Origin: a virus
Taxonomy: Duplodnaviria; Caudoviricetes
IMG/VR virus record: IMGVR_UViG_3300037171_000150
Coordinates: 1,612-65,611 of that record
Length of the DNA: 64,000 nucleotides
Direction: 5' to 3' (one strand)
The translations under genes were made by a program, and so were the position numbers. Below are positions 36,652 to 46,059 of this stretch, piece after piece. Within the stretch, counting starts at the first letter, position 1. Each line of letters begins with the position of its first letter. Under the pieces are notes generated by a model. The model saw only the letters and a program-made list of their open reading frames with translations. It was not told where the DNA came from and ran no database searches.

Positions 36652-39600
36652 TTACGTTTGAAGTTCATACGGCCTGAAATTATTACCCGCACCAACCGGC
36701 TTCCACTCGATCTTGATCGGAGCCCACATCTGGAAGCGATCTGGCGGAACCGCTCCGGTTGCCAGCGCAACCAGTCGCCATGTCCTGAAGGTGAACGCCG
36801 TCGTCCCTGGGTTATTGTTCCCAAATCTCTGCCGGATCACCGTGCGCGTCACGGCCGCAGGCAGCGTGAACGTGAAGTAGGGAATCGCGTTGTTGTCGGC
36901 ATAGAGGCTCACAGCGATCGGCGCCGGGGAACTGTAATCAAAGTAGGCCTGCTTGGCGAACTTCGATTCGTCTGTCCCAAACTTGATCCAGTAGGAATCA
37001 ACAGTCGCCGTCAGCTCCGCCAACTCGGCCGCGTAGATGTCCTCCTGGTAGAGAATTGGCGCAACCGTCACCGGGATGGTGTGAACGATTGATGCGCGAT
37101 ACGCCTCCTGCCCGAGTCCGTTGTTGACGAAGAGATTCACTTTGTCCCGATGCGTGGTTGAGGCATTCGCTAGCGGAACCGAAATGAACCCGTCCTCGAA
37201 GAGCAGCATCGAGGTCATCACTTGACCCTGCGTGTTCACGTCCACTTCATAGCAGTTCCACTGCTTCTTGTTGTGCGGCTTGCCGAGGTCGCGGTACGGC
37301 GACTGGATGATCAAGTTGATCGGCGTCTGGATAAGCGTCGGCGGGCTGGCCGTGTTCCATCCACCGTCGTCGTAGTCGCCCACCTGATCCTGCACCACGG
37401 CGTACTTTCCGGCCCCGATCTGCTTGCCGACGAGGAAGACGTTCGTGTCGCGCTCCCAGAGCATCGCGGTCGCGGCCACGTCATCATACCGGAAGCGTTG
37501 GTACTGCGTGTCGTAGCTCATGCGATACCGTGGGCTGCCGGCGTTGAGGCTGACATAAGAGCCAAAAATCTGATTGTTATAGTAGGCGAACACGTCCTGT
37601 CCGGCCTGAGTTGGGTCGGCCTGCGGCGGGATGCACTGCGGGTTTCCGCGGAAGATCCATTCAATCGGTAGCGTCTTGTATACGCCGTCGGCCCCGGTGA
37701 ACTCGCGCCAGCCGTCAGCCGCACGGTAATAGACCGCCCCCTCAACCTCAATCCAACCATTCCTCGCCACGATGCCATGCACGGAGCCTGTCGTCTGAGG
37801 ATAGGGCTGCGCGCCGCCCACAATGATCTTCCACGTCTTCAGCGTACCGACAATCAGCGTTCCGCGCCAGTTGATGACCGCGTTGATAATGTCGTCTGGA
37901 GTTGAGACAGGAATGTAGTTCTGCGGACCGAAATTCTCCGGTAACCCTTTTTTCGAGTAGTAAAGGTTGTTGGGATTGTTCACGTCGCCAGCCAGCCACA
38001 CCTGGCCGTAGGCCTCGGCGCACAGACTGCATGGCTGCCGGGGAACGGCGTAGACGCTTACCGGCTCACCCTGATTGTGCTGGAGGCGGAGAATTGCCGA
38101 GAAGGTTGTATTTCCGCCAGAGGTACTTCCTCCTCCAACTACTGCAACAACCTCTTCGTTTGACGGGTTTCCGACGATGACGAGTTGATTTTGGACGATA
38201 GTATACAATCCGACTATTTGGACCAGCTGCGGGGTAAAGGTGCTGTAGATCGAAGAGAGGCCAGAAACAATGGTCGATGAGGCCAGCGTGGTCTGAATTG
38301 GAGTGACAAGCGATCTCGTTACCGGCGGATCGTTATCGAGAACCAAAATCTGCGCCTGCTGAATATAGGCGTCCGCGATCACATCCTTGAAGACAAACTG
38401 GCCGGTCCCGGTCACGTTCGGAATCTGTCCAACCTGAACCCAATTCGATGACAGCGTTCCACCACGGCGGTACTGGCGCACATGGGTTACTTGTGGATCG
38501 GGAGAATACTGGCCTACCACCTGCGCGGCCTGGCACAAGAATATCGGCGCGGATGTTGATGCAAGATAGCCAAAATCCGCATTGAACATCTGCTCTGGGC
38601 AAGGTGACGACTCGGTTCCAGTCGCGGAGTTATAGTATGTTGAGCGATAGTCGTAGCCAACTCCCGAGAACGATGATGGTCCATATCCCCATTGCAGGTA
38701 CAATCCATTGCAGGAGAATGATGCGCCACCATTTGAATTGGTTGTTACCGTCAGCATCCATCCAGTCACATTCGACCAATCCATACCGGCCTGACCGGCC
38801 TGACCAACGGGAAGGAAATTTCCACGAGGGATGTAGCAGGCTTTCCATGAGTCCGACCCAGTTGACATACTCGTCGGCTGCAATTGCGCTGTGGTTGTTC
38901 CTATTGTCTGTCCAGAAATTAGACCTAGAGTGTCCGCTAGTATCTGGTTTTCTGTGGTCTGGTACGCCAACTGGTTTCCATCCACCCCTTGTTGATAGTA
39001 AGCTGGAGATATAAACGCCGTGTAATAGTTATTCGTTCCCGATCCAACGAAGAATTGCAGTTGTACTTGCGCTATATTAGCAGGATCAGAAGTAAGGAAA
39101 GTCAGAACTATTAGGTCGCTATCTGTCACCTGGTTGCTCTGGTTTAAGTCTAGAGATGTGGCGCTACTCACTGTCCCGGTTGAGCTTGCTGCCGCAATCG
39201 TGCCACTCCATGCGCCAATCGGGAAATTTGCCGTGGTAGGAGGAACCCACTCGTAAAATCCCCACGCGCTCATCTGTGAAGGATATGGAGAAGTATACTG
39301 ATTTGTCAACACGCAAGCGGGTGGGTTTCCGGCATAACTACCGCTTGCATCCGCATATGTTACATACCCCCCCGTTGCTCCAATCTGCGTTGCCGACTGA
39401 TATGCTACCACTAAACTTGTCGTCGTCGGAGCGGATATAACTTGATAAAATCCGTCCACAAGATCGCTTGACGATGCGTAAATTGCCATCAAGTTATTAG
39501 CCACCAAACCGTGCGCGGATGATGTGTTGACAAGTAATTGTGTGTATAGTCCTCCAACAACGGTCTGTGATGTTACGCTCAATATGTTCACAACCGCCTG

Positions 39601-40803
39601 CGTATTGGAGTTGAGGACCGATAGCATCCCGTTTTGTATTGGACCAAACGCCCCCGCGCTACTTACTGTCGCATAGGCATATGTTATATACCCTGCTGCT
39701 GTGACCTGACCTGCTCCAACTACATACGAACTATATACCAGTGCGGTATTGTATATTCTAAATTCCAAAAGCGACAAATTTCCTGTTGCCACACTGAATG
39801 ACACCGTTGTAGACGGTAAGGTATTGACTCCTGTACTGTTGTTATTAAAACTATAAAAGCTATTCCATGTGACTCCTCCATCTGGGCTATATTGATAATT
39901 AACTTCCGCATTACCGGAAGTTAGCGCCGACACAGACGTACTAGCTTCTATTGTCACGAATGCAGTTACTGTTTCTCCAGATGCGGGGACAATCGAAGCA
40001 AACCCACTTATCGACGCGGATGTGTTCGCGCTGGAGCCTATCCCGTTTTGGATAGCGTTGGCAAACGCACTTCCCAGACTACCCGATGTTGGATACCTGG
40101 TTCCTCCACCTCCTAACGGTTGCACCCCTATAAACTGAGTAAAATCAACTATATTATTTCCTGTATTTGCCGTTAGGGTATTGATGTTACCCCATCCCCA
40201 CGGAGAAATTCCTACAATGGTATATGAATTTGTCTGCGCAAAACTATCAATCATAGTGAGCAGCGGGGCGTAAGGATTCACATTCAGGGTATACGGAGAT
40301 GGATCAATGCCGGTGAGTTGCGGGGAGCCTGTTCCTTGGTCCTTGATACTGGCGTTCTGGTCGTAGATGAAGAGATAGGCTTGGCTTGTCTCGAAGCAAC
40401 TTTGGATGATAGACTCAAATGGCTGGCCGGAGAGAACAATTTGTGTCCCGGTAGCGGTTGTCGGCAGAGTTAGACCCGTGTAAGCACCTTGCGCGTTGCC
40501 AGCGCGCCGCCAGAGAGAACCATCAGAAAGTCCAGCATAACGCCATGCGCTACCAAGAAATGTGAGGCGGCTCAAACTGGTAACTGGCTCGGTAAAATAA
40601 TAATTGCTGGTCCCTGTGCCTGCGGGGTCGCGATTGATAATAATTGTCCCGTAACGGCTGGACATCGAATTTTCTGCCCTGGAAAGACAATTTAAATCGT
40701 TGAGGTAAGTATCTGGCGGGCACTGATCTTCTATATCTCTTGTGATTAAACCTCTGTCGCGATAGATGAATGGAATCGATTTGTATGTTGTTTCCTCTGC
40801 CAT
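36652..40803 (-). CDS. Tail nozzle/stabilization protein (beta-propeller) with inserted beta-rich receptor-binding-like domains
   Basis: 1383 aa beta-rich; 'WLAGDVNNPNNLYYSK...PENF' nozzle-type motif; position after the adaptors. Confidence 0.7.
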   Translation of the reverse strand: MAEETTYKSIPFIYRDRGLITRDIEDQCPPDTYLNDLNCLSRAENSMSSRYGTIIINRDPAGTGTSNYYFTEPVTSLSRLTFLGSAWRYAGLSDGSLWRRAGNAQGAYTGLTLPTTATGTQIVLSGQPFESIIQSCFETSQAYLFIYDQNASIKDQGTGSPQLTGIDPSPYTLNVNPYAPLLTMIDSFAQTNSYTIVGISPWGWGNINTLTANTGNNIVDFTQFIGVQPLGGGGTRYPTSGSLGSAFANAIQNGIGSSANTSASISGFASIVPASGETVTAFVTIEASTSVSALTSGNAEVNYQYSPDGGVTWNSFYSFNNNSTGVNTLPSTTVSFSVATGNLSLLEFRIYNTALVYSSYVVGAGQVTAAGYITYAYATVSSAGAFGPIQNGMLSVLNSNTQAVVNILSVTSQTVVGGLYTQLLVNTSSAHGLVANNLMAIYASSSDLVDGFYQVISAPTTTSLVVAYQSATQIGATGGYVTYADASGSYAGNPPACVLTNQYTSPYPSQMSAWGFYEWVPPTTANFPIGAWSGTIAAASSTGTVSSATSLDLNQSNQVTDSDLIVLTFLTSDPANIAQVQLQFFVGSGTNNYYTAFISPAYYQQGVDGNQLAYQTTENQILADTLGLISGQTIGTTTAQLQPTSMSTGSDSWKACYIPRGNFLPVGQAGQAGMDWSNVTGWMLTVTTNSNGGASFSCNGLYLQWGYGPSSFSGVGYDYRSTYYNSATGTESSPCPEQMFNADFGYLASTSAPIFLCQAAQVVGQYSPDPQVTHVRQYRRGGTLSSNWVQVGQIPNVTGTGQFVFKDVIADAYIQQAQILVLDNDPPVTRSLVTPIQTTLASSTIVSGLSSIYSTFTPQLVQIVGLYTIVQNQLVIVGNPSNEEVVAVVGGGSTSGGNTTFSAILRLQHNQGEPVSVYAVPRQPCSLCAEAYGQVWLAGDVNNPNNLYYSKKGLPENFGPQNYIPVSTPDDIINAVINWRGTLIVGTLKTWKIIVGGAQPYPQTTGSVHGIVARNGWIEVEGAVYYRAADGWREFTGADGVYKTLPIEWIFRGNPQCIPPQADPTQAGQDVFAYYNNQIFGSYVSLNAGSPRYRMSYDTQYQRFRYDDVAATAMLWERDTNVFLVGKQIGAGKYAVVQDQVGDYDDGGWNTASPPTLIQTPINLIIQSPYRDLGKPHNKKQWNCYEVDVNTQGQVMTSMLLFEDGFISVPLANASTTHRDKVNLFVNNGLGQEAYRASIVHTIPVTVAPILYQEDIYAAELAELTATVDSYWIKFGTDESKFAKQAYFDYSSPAPIAVSLYADNNAIPYFTFTLPAAVTRTVIRQRFGNNNPGTTAFTFRTWRLVALATGAVPPDRFQMWAPIKIEWKPVGAGNNFRPYELQT

Positions 40804-40813
40804 GTTGTTCTCT

Positions 40814-41323
40814 TTACGTCGGCGCCGTGAAGGCAGTTACCAATCCTGCGGTGAAAGTCAAAGATCCATTCATCCCGCCGACTGTTAGTTTGACCAGTGT
40901 CACCGTTCCGCTCACTCCAGTTGCCAAGGTTGCCGTGATCGTTGCAATTTTTGATGCCTGAGAGTTCGAGGTCACCTGCAATCCCGTCAATCCCTTTAAG
41001 GCATTAGATCCGCCGATGTCGAGTTGCGGCCCGAGAGACGCGGCGCCATACTGAGTGGCCGCATGACCCGCCGAGATTGCGTCTGATGGGGAAGTGGGCG
41101 CGGCCAGGCCTGTGATTGTGCTGCCGGCCACGTCAATACCTGAAGGGAGAACACTCGGGCCGCTCGATCCTTGCAGAGATTGAATCGCTCCAATGACCTG
41201 GTTCAGCGTCACATTGACGCTCCCTGGGTTCTCCGCAAAGTCTTTGGCGGTAAACTGGACACGCTGAATCGGCAGCGGTGTGGCGGCCGGGGGAGCGGGG
41301 CGAGGGGTTGGGTTGGCGCTCAT
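40814..41323 (-). CDS. Putative tail-associated protein
   Basis: 'ITGLAAPTSPSDA' YadA-neck-like motif; 'GSLTFTAGL' end. Confidence 0.55.
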   Translation of the reverse strand: MSANPTPRPAPPAATPLPIQRVQFTAKDFAENPGSVNVTLNQVIGAIQSLQGSSGPSVLPSGIDVAGSTITGLAAPTSPSDAISAGHAATQYGAASLGPQLDIGGSNALKGLTGLQVTSNSQASKIATITATLATGVSGTVTLVKLTVGGMNGSLTFTAGLVTAFTAPT

Positions 41324-42420
41324 TGTTTCGTCCCCATCTTCATAGCCTGGATATACCGCCCGGTCGCCATGACCACTTGAGTATACCGCTTGAGCGCGAA
41401 CTCGGCCATCTGCGGCTGCTGAGCTACCCCGTCCTTGCCCCAAGCGTAAGAGAGCGCCAAATACTTGACTCCGTGGATCGCCACATCAGGGACAAGAAAT
41501 TGATCGAGCATCCCCAGCGTGTCCGTGTCTCGCGCCGCGCAGAGCAACTCGACCGGAAAGTTCGACGATGGCCGCCCGCCGACTCCCCAGCGGTAGAGCC
41601 CGGCCCGGTCCTCAAACCAGCTTTGTAGCGGCCCGACGTAATTGGACTGCCAACTACGATCTTGCTGGACGAGCTCCTCCTGCGTCAACTCGTACAGTCT
41701 ACGCATGGATTGAATTGTACCGCCTGTCGTCGATCCATCGGCGCCGACCTGCCGGTAAGTGATGACGTTGGGTGACGGCGCGCTGACAACCGCGAAGACG
41801 CCGGCGAAGGATGGATCGGTCGGATTGACCACGGCGAAGGTGTTGTACTGGACCAGGTTTGTCGGCCCGCCCGCGGTAAGCGTCACAACTCCGCCGGCGC
41901 GCACCATGCTGGTGATGCCGATGTCGAGCGCCGAGGCCGCGATGCGGTCGATCAGGATGGCCGTGGGCGGCGTGTCCTGGTAGATCTGGCCTATATTCAC
42001 CGTCTGGAAGAACCGCTGGTAGAAGCACGGCACAGCCATCAGGAACTCATTCTGCGCGCGCGACAGGTACTGCAGCATCTCCGCTTGAGTGAAGATCGGG
42101 TCCGTGGCCTCTTGTGTTGGGAAGGTTGCTCCCCAGACAGGTGCAGCCGCGGCGTGCGCGTTGACGAAGTTGGCGGTGAAAGTGGTGGGAGAGGGAACCG
42201 TCAGGACGGTGACAACCTCCTGGGCGGCGTTGCCCGGCACCTCGACGACGAGTTGCGCGCCGGGGTACATTGCGTAGGTGCTGGCGACAGTGGCTGTGCG
42301 CGCCGCGCCTGCTGTGATGGGGCTGGAGAGGGCGACATAGACGGCGGGTTGGACAAGGTGGGCTGCCACCTCCATCAGAACATCAGCCGCCGTTCTAAAC
42401 CCCGTCCCTGGACTTGCCAC
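41320..42420 (-). CDS. Head-tail adaptor-like protein with beta-sandwich insertions
   Basis: 'EMLQYLSRAQNEF' N-helix and 'VPD..IHGVKYLAL' C-helix. Confidence 0.6.
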   Translation of the reverse strand: MASPGTGFRTAADVLMEVAAHLVQPAVYVALSSPITAGAARTATVASTYAMYPGAQLVVEVPGNAAQEVVTVLTVPSPTTFTANFVNAHAAAAPVWGATFPTQEATDPIFTQAEMLQYLSRAQNEFLMAVPCFYQRFFQTVNIGQIYQDTPPTAILIDRIAASALDIGITSMVRAGGVVTLTAGGPTNLVQYNTFAVVNPTDPSFAGVFAVVSAPSPNVITYRQVGADGSTTGGTIQSMRRLYELTQEELVQQDRSWQSNYVGPLQSWFEDRAGLYRWGVGGRPSSNFPVELLCAARDTDTLGMLDQFLVPDVAIHGVKYLALSYAWGKDGVAQQPQMAEFALKRYTQVVMATGRYIQAMKMGTKQ

Positions 42421-42468
42421 TCTTCACCCCGCAATGCTCCACGTGCCGCCTTTTCCCCGTTTGTTCCC

Positions 42469-42771
42469 TTACGCTACGACGAGCGCCTCTTCCGGAACAG
42501 CAACCGGGTGCGTCTCATCCCAGTCCGCCGGCTTATTGACGCCAAACTTTCCAACTCCACCGCAGCTCGAACACGTCGCCGACATGACGCCGGGGCCGCC
42601 CGCCATCTTCTGCGTGGTCTGGCCGTGGCCGTCACAGCCGAGGCATTCTGCCACGAATGCTCTGCCGAAGCAGATTTTGCAGGCCCGCTCGCCCGTGCCT
42701 TCGGGATGCTTTGCGAGGCCGCACGAGCACTCGCTTACTGCGCCGTGAAATTGCTGGATTCCGTTCGCCAT
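42469..42771 (-). CDS. DnaJ-type zinc finger protein
   Basis: CKICFG, CLGCDGHG, CSSCGGVG (CxxCxGxG repeats). Confidence 0.75.
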   Translation of the reverse strand: MANGIQQFHGAVSECSCGLAKHPEGTGERACKICFGRAFVAECLGCDGHGQTTQKMAGGPGVMSATCSSCGGVGKFGVNKPADWDETHPVAVPEEALVVA

Positions 42772-42780
42772 GGAAATCTC

Positions 42781-43470
42781 CTATCTCTTGGTTGTTGGGT
42801 TGATGTTGGATGCCGCGCCGTATCCGCTCGTGAAAAGCAGCGGGTCGCGCAGGTCTTGCACGGCGGACATCCTCTTCGCGCCCTGCAGGTACTGGTCGAA
42901 GAGTTTCATGCCCTCCTGGAACTCTCCTCCGAGTTCCTTGATTCGGCAGTAAAAAGCTGCGTACTCCTCGATCAACTGGAAGAAGTTGTCCTCGAAGACT
43001 ACGCTCTCGCTTCCAGTGTACGGCCAAACGTCGGTCGTTGGATACTGAATTGCGGTCACGTTGACGGTTTGTGGCGTGGAGACTGCCGGGTGGACGACAA
43101 AGAGGTTGAACCCGATCGGCGCCCAGCGTACGGCAACATCGTCCACATCCTGGCTCCAATCGCTCTGCCAACTTGTTTGCAGGTAGTCGAGATCCCACAG
43201 GTTCACCTTGTACAGCGGCGAACCCGCGCCCTGAATGTCGGTGATCGCCAGGTAGCCTTTCGGCACGGCCTGCCAAACGGAGTTCGCTGTCAGCGTGAAG
43301 GGAACGTTGACGATTTGCGTAGGCCGGCCGACAAGTAGGAGCAGATCGTTTTGCGCTTCCATCAAAGCGCTGAAGACCTCAAACTGCTGGCTCCACCACT
43401 GCCCAGGCCCGCCTGGATTTTCTTCCAAGCGGGATTGGACGTTCGCGGCGAGCGTGGAGATCGTGGCCAT
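42781..43470 (-). CDS. Head-tail adaptor-like protein
   Basis: 'VQSRLEE...WS..E...ALMEAQ', 'LIEEYAAF' pattern. Confidence 0.65.
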   Translation of the reverse strand: MATISTLAANVQSRLEENPGGPGQWWSQQFEVFSALMEAQNDLLLLVGRPTQIVNVPFTLTANSVWQAVPKGYLAITDIQGAGSPLYKVNLWDLDYLQTSWQSDWSQDVDDVAVRWAPIGFNLFVVHPAVSTPQTVNVTAIQYPTTDVWPYTGSESVVFEDNFFQLIEEYAAFYCRIKELGGEFQEGMKLFDQYLQGAKRMSAVQDLRDPLLFTSGYGAASNINPTTKR

Positions 43471-43473
43471 GGG

Positions 43474-44049
43474 TTATATCTGCGTGAAGCGCGGAACCAG
43501 AGTGCCGGACCCGAGCACCCAGAACTGCGACAACTGCATGGGCTGGCTCTGTCCGATAGACTCGAAATCAAGCGGAGTCGTGGCCCCGGAAGCGAGGTAG
43601 TCCATGACGCTCAGATCGGTAGAGGCCACAGTCGAAGCGTTCCCGATGTAGGTTGCCGCGGAAAGAGAGACTGGCTGGATATGCACGTTGCCGGCGTCCT
43701 CATTGAGCACACACCATTCACCGCTGGCTGCATGGGATTGCTTCAAGCCTTGAACCACCATCACGGTTCCAGATGTAATAGTCTTCACTGTCCCTTGATC
43801 TGGAATGGAGCCGACAGCGACAATGCCTGGCAGGAACGCCGCGGCCAAGCCGACAGCTACGCGATCGCCCGGCAAGAACCCTTTGGTCGAGGTGACGGTC
43901 AAAGAGCACTGCGTCTCGTTTGAGCCCGGCGTGAGGACTCCGCTGAATTGGTCCGGAGGCGGCGTGACAGCGGCGGTGACGGCCGACCCGAACAGTGGTT
44001 GCGCGGCGCCTGAAAGTGTGATGATTCCTGCAAATGGGCGAACGGCCAT
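43474..44049 (-). CDS. Virion structural protein
   Basis: A/T/G/S-rich beta protein in the structural operon; AAGGGAG RBS. Confidence 0.6.
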   Translation of the reverse strand: MAVRPFAGIITLSGAAQPLFGSAVTAAVTPPPDQFSGVLTPGSNETQCSLTVTSTKGFLPGDRVAVGLAAAFLPGIVAVGSIPDQGTVKTITSGTVMVVQGLKQSHAASGEWCVLNEDAGNVHIQPVSLSAATYIGNASTVASTDLSVMDYLASGATTPLDFESIGQSQPMQLSQFWVLGSGTLVPRFTQI

Positions 44050-44052
44050 AGC

Positions 44053-44412
44053 TTAATCTCCCTTCAATCTGGTCAACGGATTCTTGGCGTCGCGACCATA
44101 CGGCGACGGGCAGCATCCTGGCCCTTCTGTGCTGGTCACCTCGGCTGGATCATTCGTGTTGCGGTAGCTGGACTTGTAGCCGATGCCGCCCATGGCGCCA
44201 CGAACGTTGTCCATGATGCTATTCGGCTTCGGAACGTACTTCCCCATCCCGCCCCAATCGTTCTTCACCTCGGGATCATACTCCTCGTGCGTCCCCAGGC
44301 GCGCGCGATCAATGTGGAAGTTGTCGGTGGCCGGCTTCGAGTTGGCTGGCGCGTCCACCTTGCCGAAACTCTTGCGCCGGAATACGTCGGTGACTCGTTC
44401 CGATGGGTTCAT
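44053..44412 (-). CDS. Hypothetical protein
   Basis: ORF in the structural operon. Confidence 0.6.
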   Translation of the reverse strand: MNPSERVTDVFRRKSFGKVDAPANSKPATDNFHIDRARLGTHEEYDPEVKNDWGGMGKYVPKPNSIMDNVRGAMGGIGYKSSYRNTNDPAEVTSTEGPGCCPSPYGRDAKNPLTRLKGD

Positions 44413-44576
44413 GGTTGCCTGCTTCCCGCCCTGCGCTTTGTGGCGCGGTGCAACTTGCGCTTTTTCGTTTTGCGCTTCACCGTCTTCCGCTTGGAAGAAA
44501 GCCTGGCTGCCTTCTTCAAAAACCTCGACGAGTAGCTACGAGCTTCCATTTCTGGAGTTTCTTTGTCTTCACGCAT
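44409..44576 (-). CDS. Small highly basic protein (55 aa)
   Basis: Hand translation MREDKETPEMEARSYSSRFLKKAARLSSKRKTVKRKTKKRKLHRATKRRAGSRQP; GAGG RBS; ATGA overlap. Confidence 0.65.
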   Translation of the reverse strand: MREDKETPEMEARSYSSRFLKKAARLSSKRKTVKRKTKKRKLHRATKRRAGSRQP

Positions 44577-44931
44577 ATCTCTGCCTCACTTGAGAGAATT
44601 TTCTTTTAACAAGATCGCTTACCGTTACCTCGCGCTGCTGCGGTGGATCGTCGAAGTTCTGTGCATCTGAGTTCAGGACTACGCTTTGGAACCCGTAAGT
44701 CTTTTCCGCCGCCGACAACTCCCGCAAATTACCAACATGAACCTTTTTTCCAAAGGAGTCATGGACGTGATCCAGTGTGATGTCGAAGCTGTTAGCTGTC
44801 GTATCAGCTAGTTCTCGCGGCCTCTTCATACATCCACAATCCACTCCATGCCATTGCCCCTTATAGGGAGGCTCAAGTCGAAAAATACGCCGATAAACCA
44901 CTACGCCGCATCTGTCGCAAGTCTGTGCCAT
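44569..44931 (-). CDS. Zinc-ribbon (FmdB-like) hypothetical protein
   Basis: CDRC...CGC; GAGG RBS. Confidence 0.6.
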   Translation of the reverse strand: MAQTCDRCGVVVYRRIFRLEPPYKGQWHGVDCGCMKRPRELADTTANSFDITLDHVHDSFGKKVHVGNLRELSAAEKTYGFQSVVLNSDAQNFDDPPQQREVTVSDLVKRKFSQVRQRYA

Positions 44932-44961
44932 CTCGTCTCTTACCTCGTCTCCATCTTACCA

Positions 44962-45984
44962 CTACCAATCGTTTATCGCACCACCACTCATGACAGCGTG
45001 CTGCGCATCCCAGAGCGATCCACCCGGCGTATAGAACGGCAGATCCTCGCCCTGGATCGTCGCGCTCGTCCGGTACAGATTCTCGTCCTCGTTCATCATC
45101 TCGACCAACAGGCCTTCGTACTCTTGGTGGAAGGTGCTCGCCAGCGACAGCGCCGTCTGCGGATCATAGCCGGGGTTATCCTTCGGCTTGTAGCGCAGCG
45201 CCCAGCACATCGCCTCTTTGATCACCACGTCGCAGCGGATGTACGGCGGCAGGGAATCAGTATCGTTTACGAGGTTGGCCGGCTGCGTGTACGCCATGAA
45301 GGGCAGTGCCTGTTGCGTGAAGGGCGCGGGCCAAAGCTCAATCAGATAGTTCCCATTCGGATCCGCCGGCATCGGTGCCAGTCCCCACGGAAAGTTCACA
45401 GTGATGCGCCACGGGTCGCGATTGTCCAAATAATCTTGAGTGAGATTCGTCCACAACTTGAATCCCATCTGCATGTTGACGCACGTCTTGATGTACTTGA
45501 TGTTTGGGCCGAAACTGTAATACATCTGCACGATGTAGTAGCCGGTCGTCTGCGTCGTCTGCCCCGGTGGGAACGGGCCGCCCCAGGGAAGCTCCAGCGT
45601 CAGCACCTGCGCAAAGGGATCAACTCCCGTGATCGTGTAGATCGGAGTGTTGAGCCCGGCGCGGAACTGGCGGCCGATGAGCGTCTGGTCCCATGTTGTA
45701 TTGTTGCCCTGCACGGTGTTGGAGTTAAAGGTGACCGTGGCCGTTCCGCCGCTGACTGAGGCCGGGCAGATGATCTGGCCTTTTGTGAAGAGGCCGTACC
45801 AAGTCTTGCGCGCGTAGATCTGGCGCACAATTTGATTTATGGCGTTCGGAGCCTGGGCCACAAAGTTCGGATTCCAAGCAGTAACTGCTCCCTGAATCTG
45901 CCCAAAATTATATTGCTGGACAAACGGAAGCACGCCAGCGTTCGGCTGGACCTGCTGGGGGATCACGATGGGAGGCGAAATAAT
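44962..45984 (-). CDS. Head-tail adaptor/tail tubular protein with beta insertion (probable ATT start)
   Basis: 'IELWPAP...LPP..DVVIKEA' adaptor pattern; GGAGG lies 8 nt before an in-frame ATT at 45984. Confidence 0.65.
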   Translation of the reverse strand: MISPPIVIPQQVQPNAGVLPFVQQYNFGQIQGAVTAWNPNFVAQAPNAINQIVRQIYARKTWYGLFTKGQIICPASVSGGTATVTFNSNTVQGNNTTWDQTLIGRQFRAGLNTPIYTITGVDPFAQVLTLELPWGGPFPPGQTTQTTGYYIVQMYYSFGPNIKYIKTCVNMQMGFKLWTNLTQDYLDNRDPWRITVNFPWGLAPMPADPNGNYLIELWPAPFTQQALPFMAYTQPANLVNDTDSLPPYIRCDVVIKEAMCWALRYKPKDNPGYDPQTALSLASTFHQEYEGLLVEMMNEDENLYRTSATIQGEDLPFYTPGGSLWDAQHAVMSGGAINDW

Positions 45985-46059
45985 TTTGATACCCTCCGTT
46001 CTTTAGGAGGGGAGGGGCGCGGTAACCGTCTGTGACCCCGCCCCTCTTTGGTTGATGCC

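Noticed and set aside
42085-43338. 417-aa + strand ORF, and similar long antisense ORFs (55339-56322, 61831-62967, 44848-45759)
   Set aside because: They lie opposite well-supported - strand genes, which is typical of high-GC codon bias
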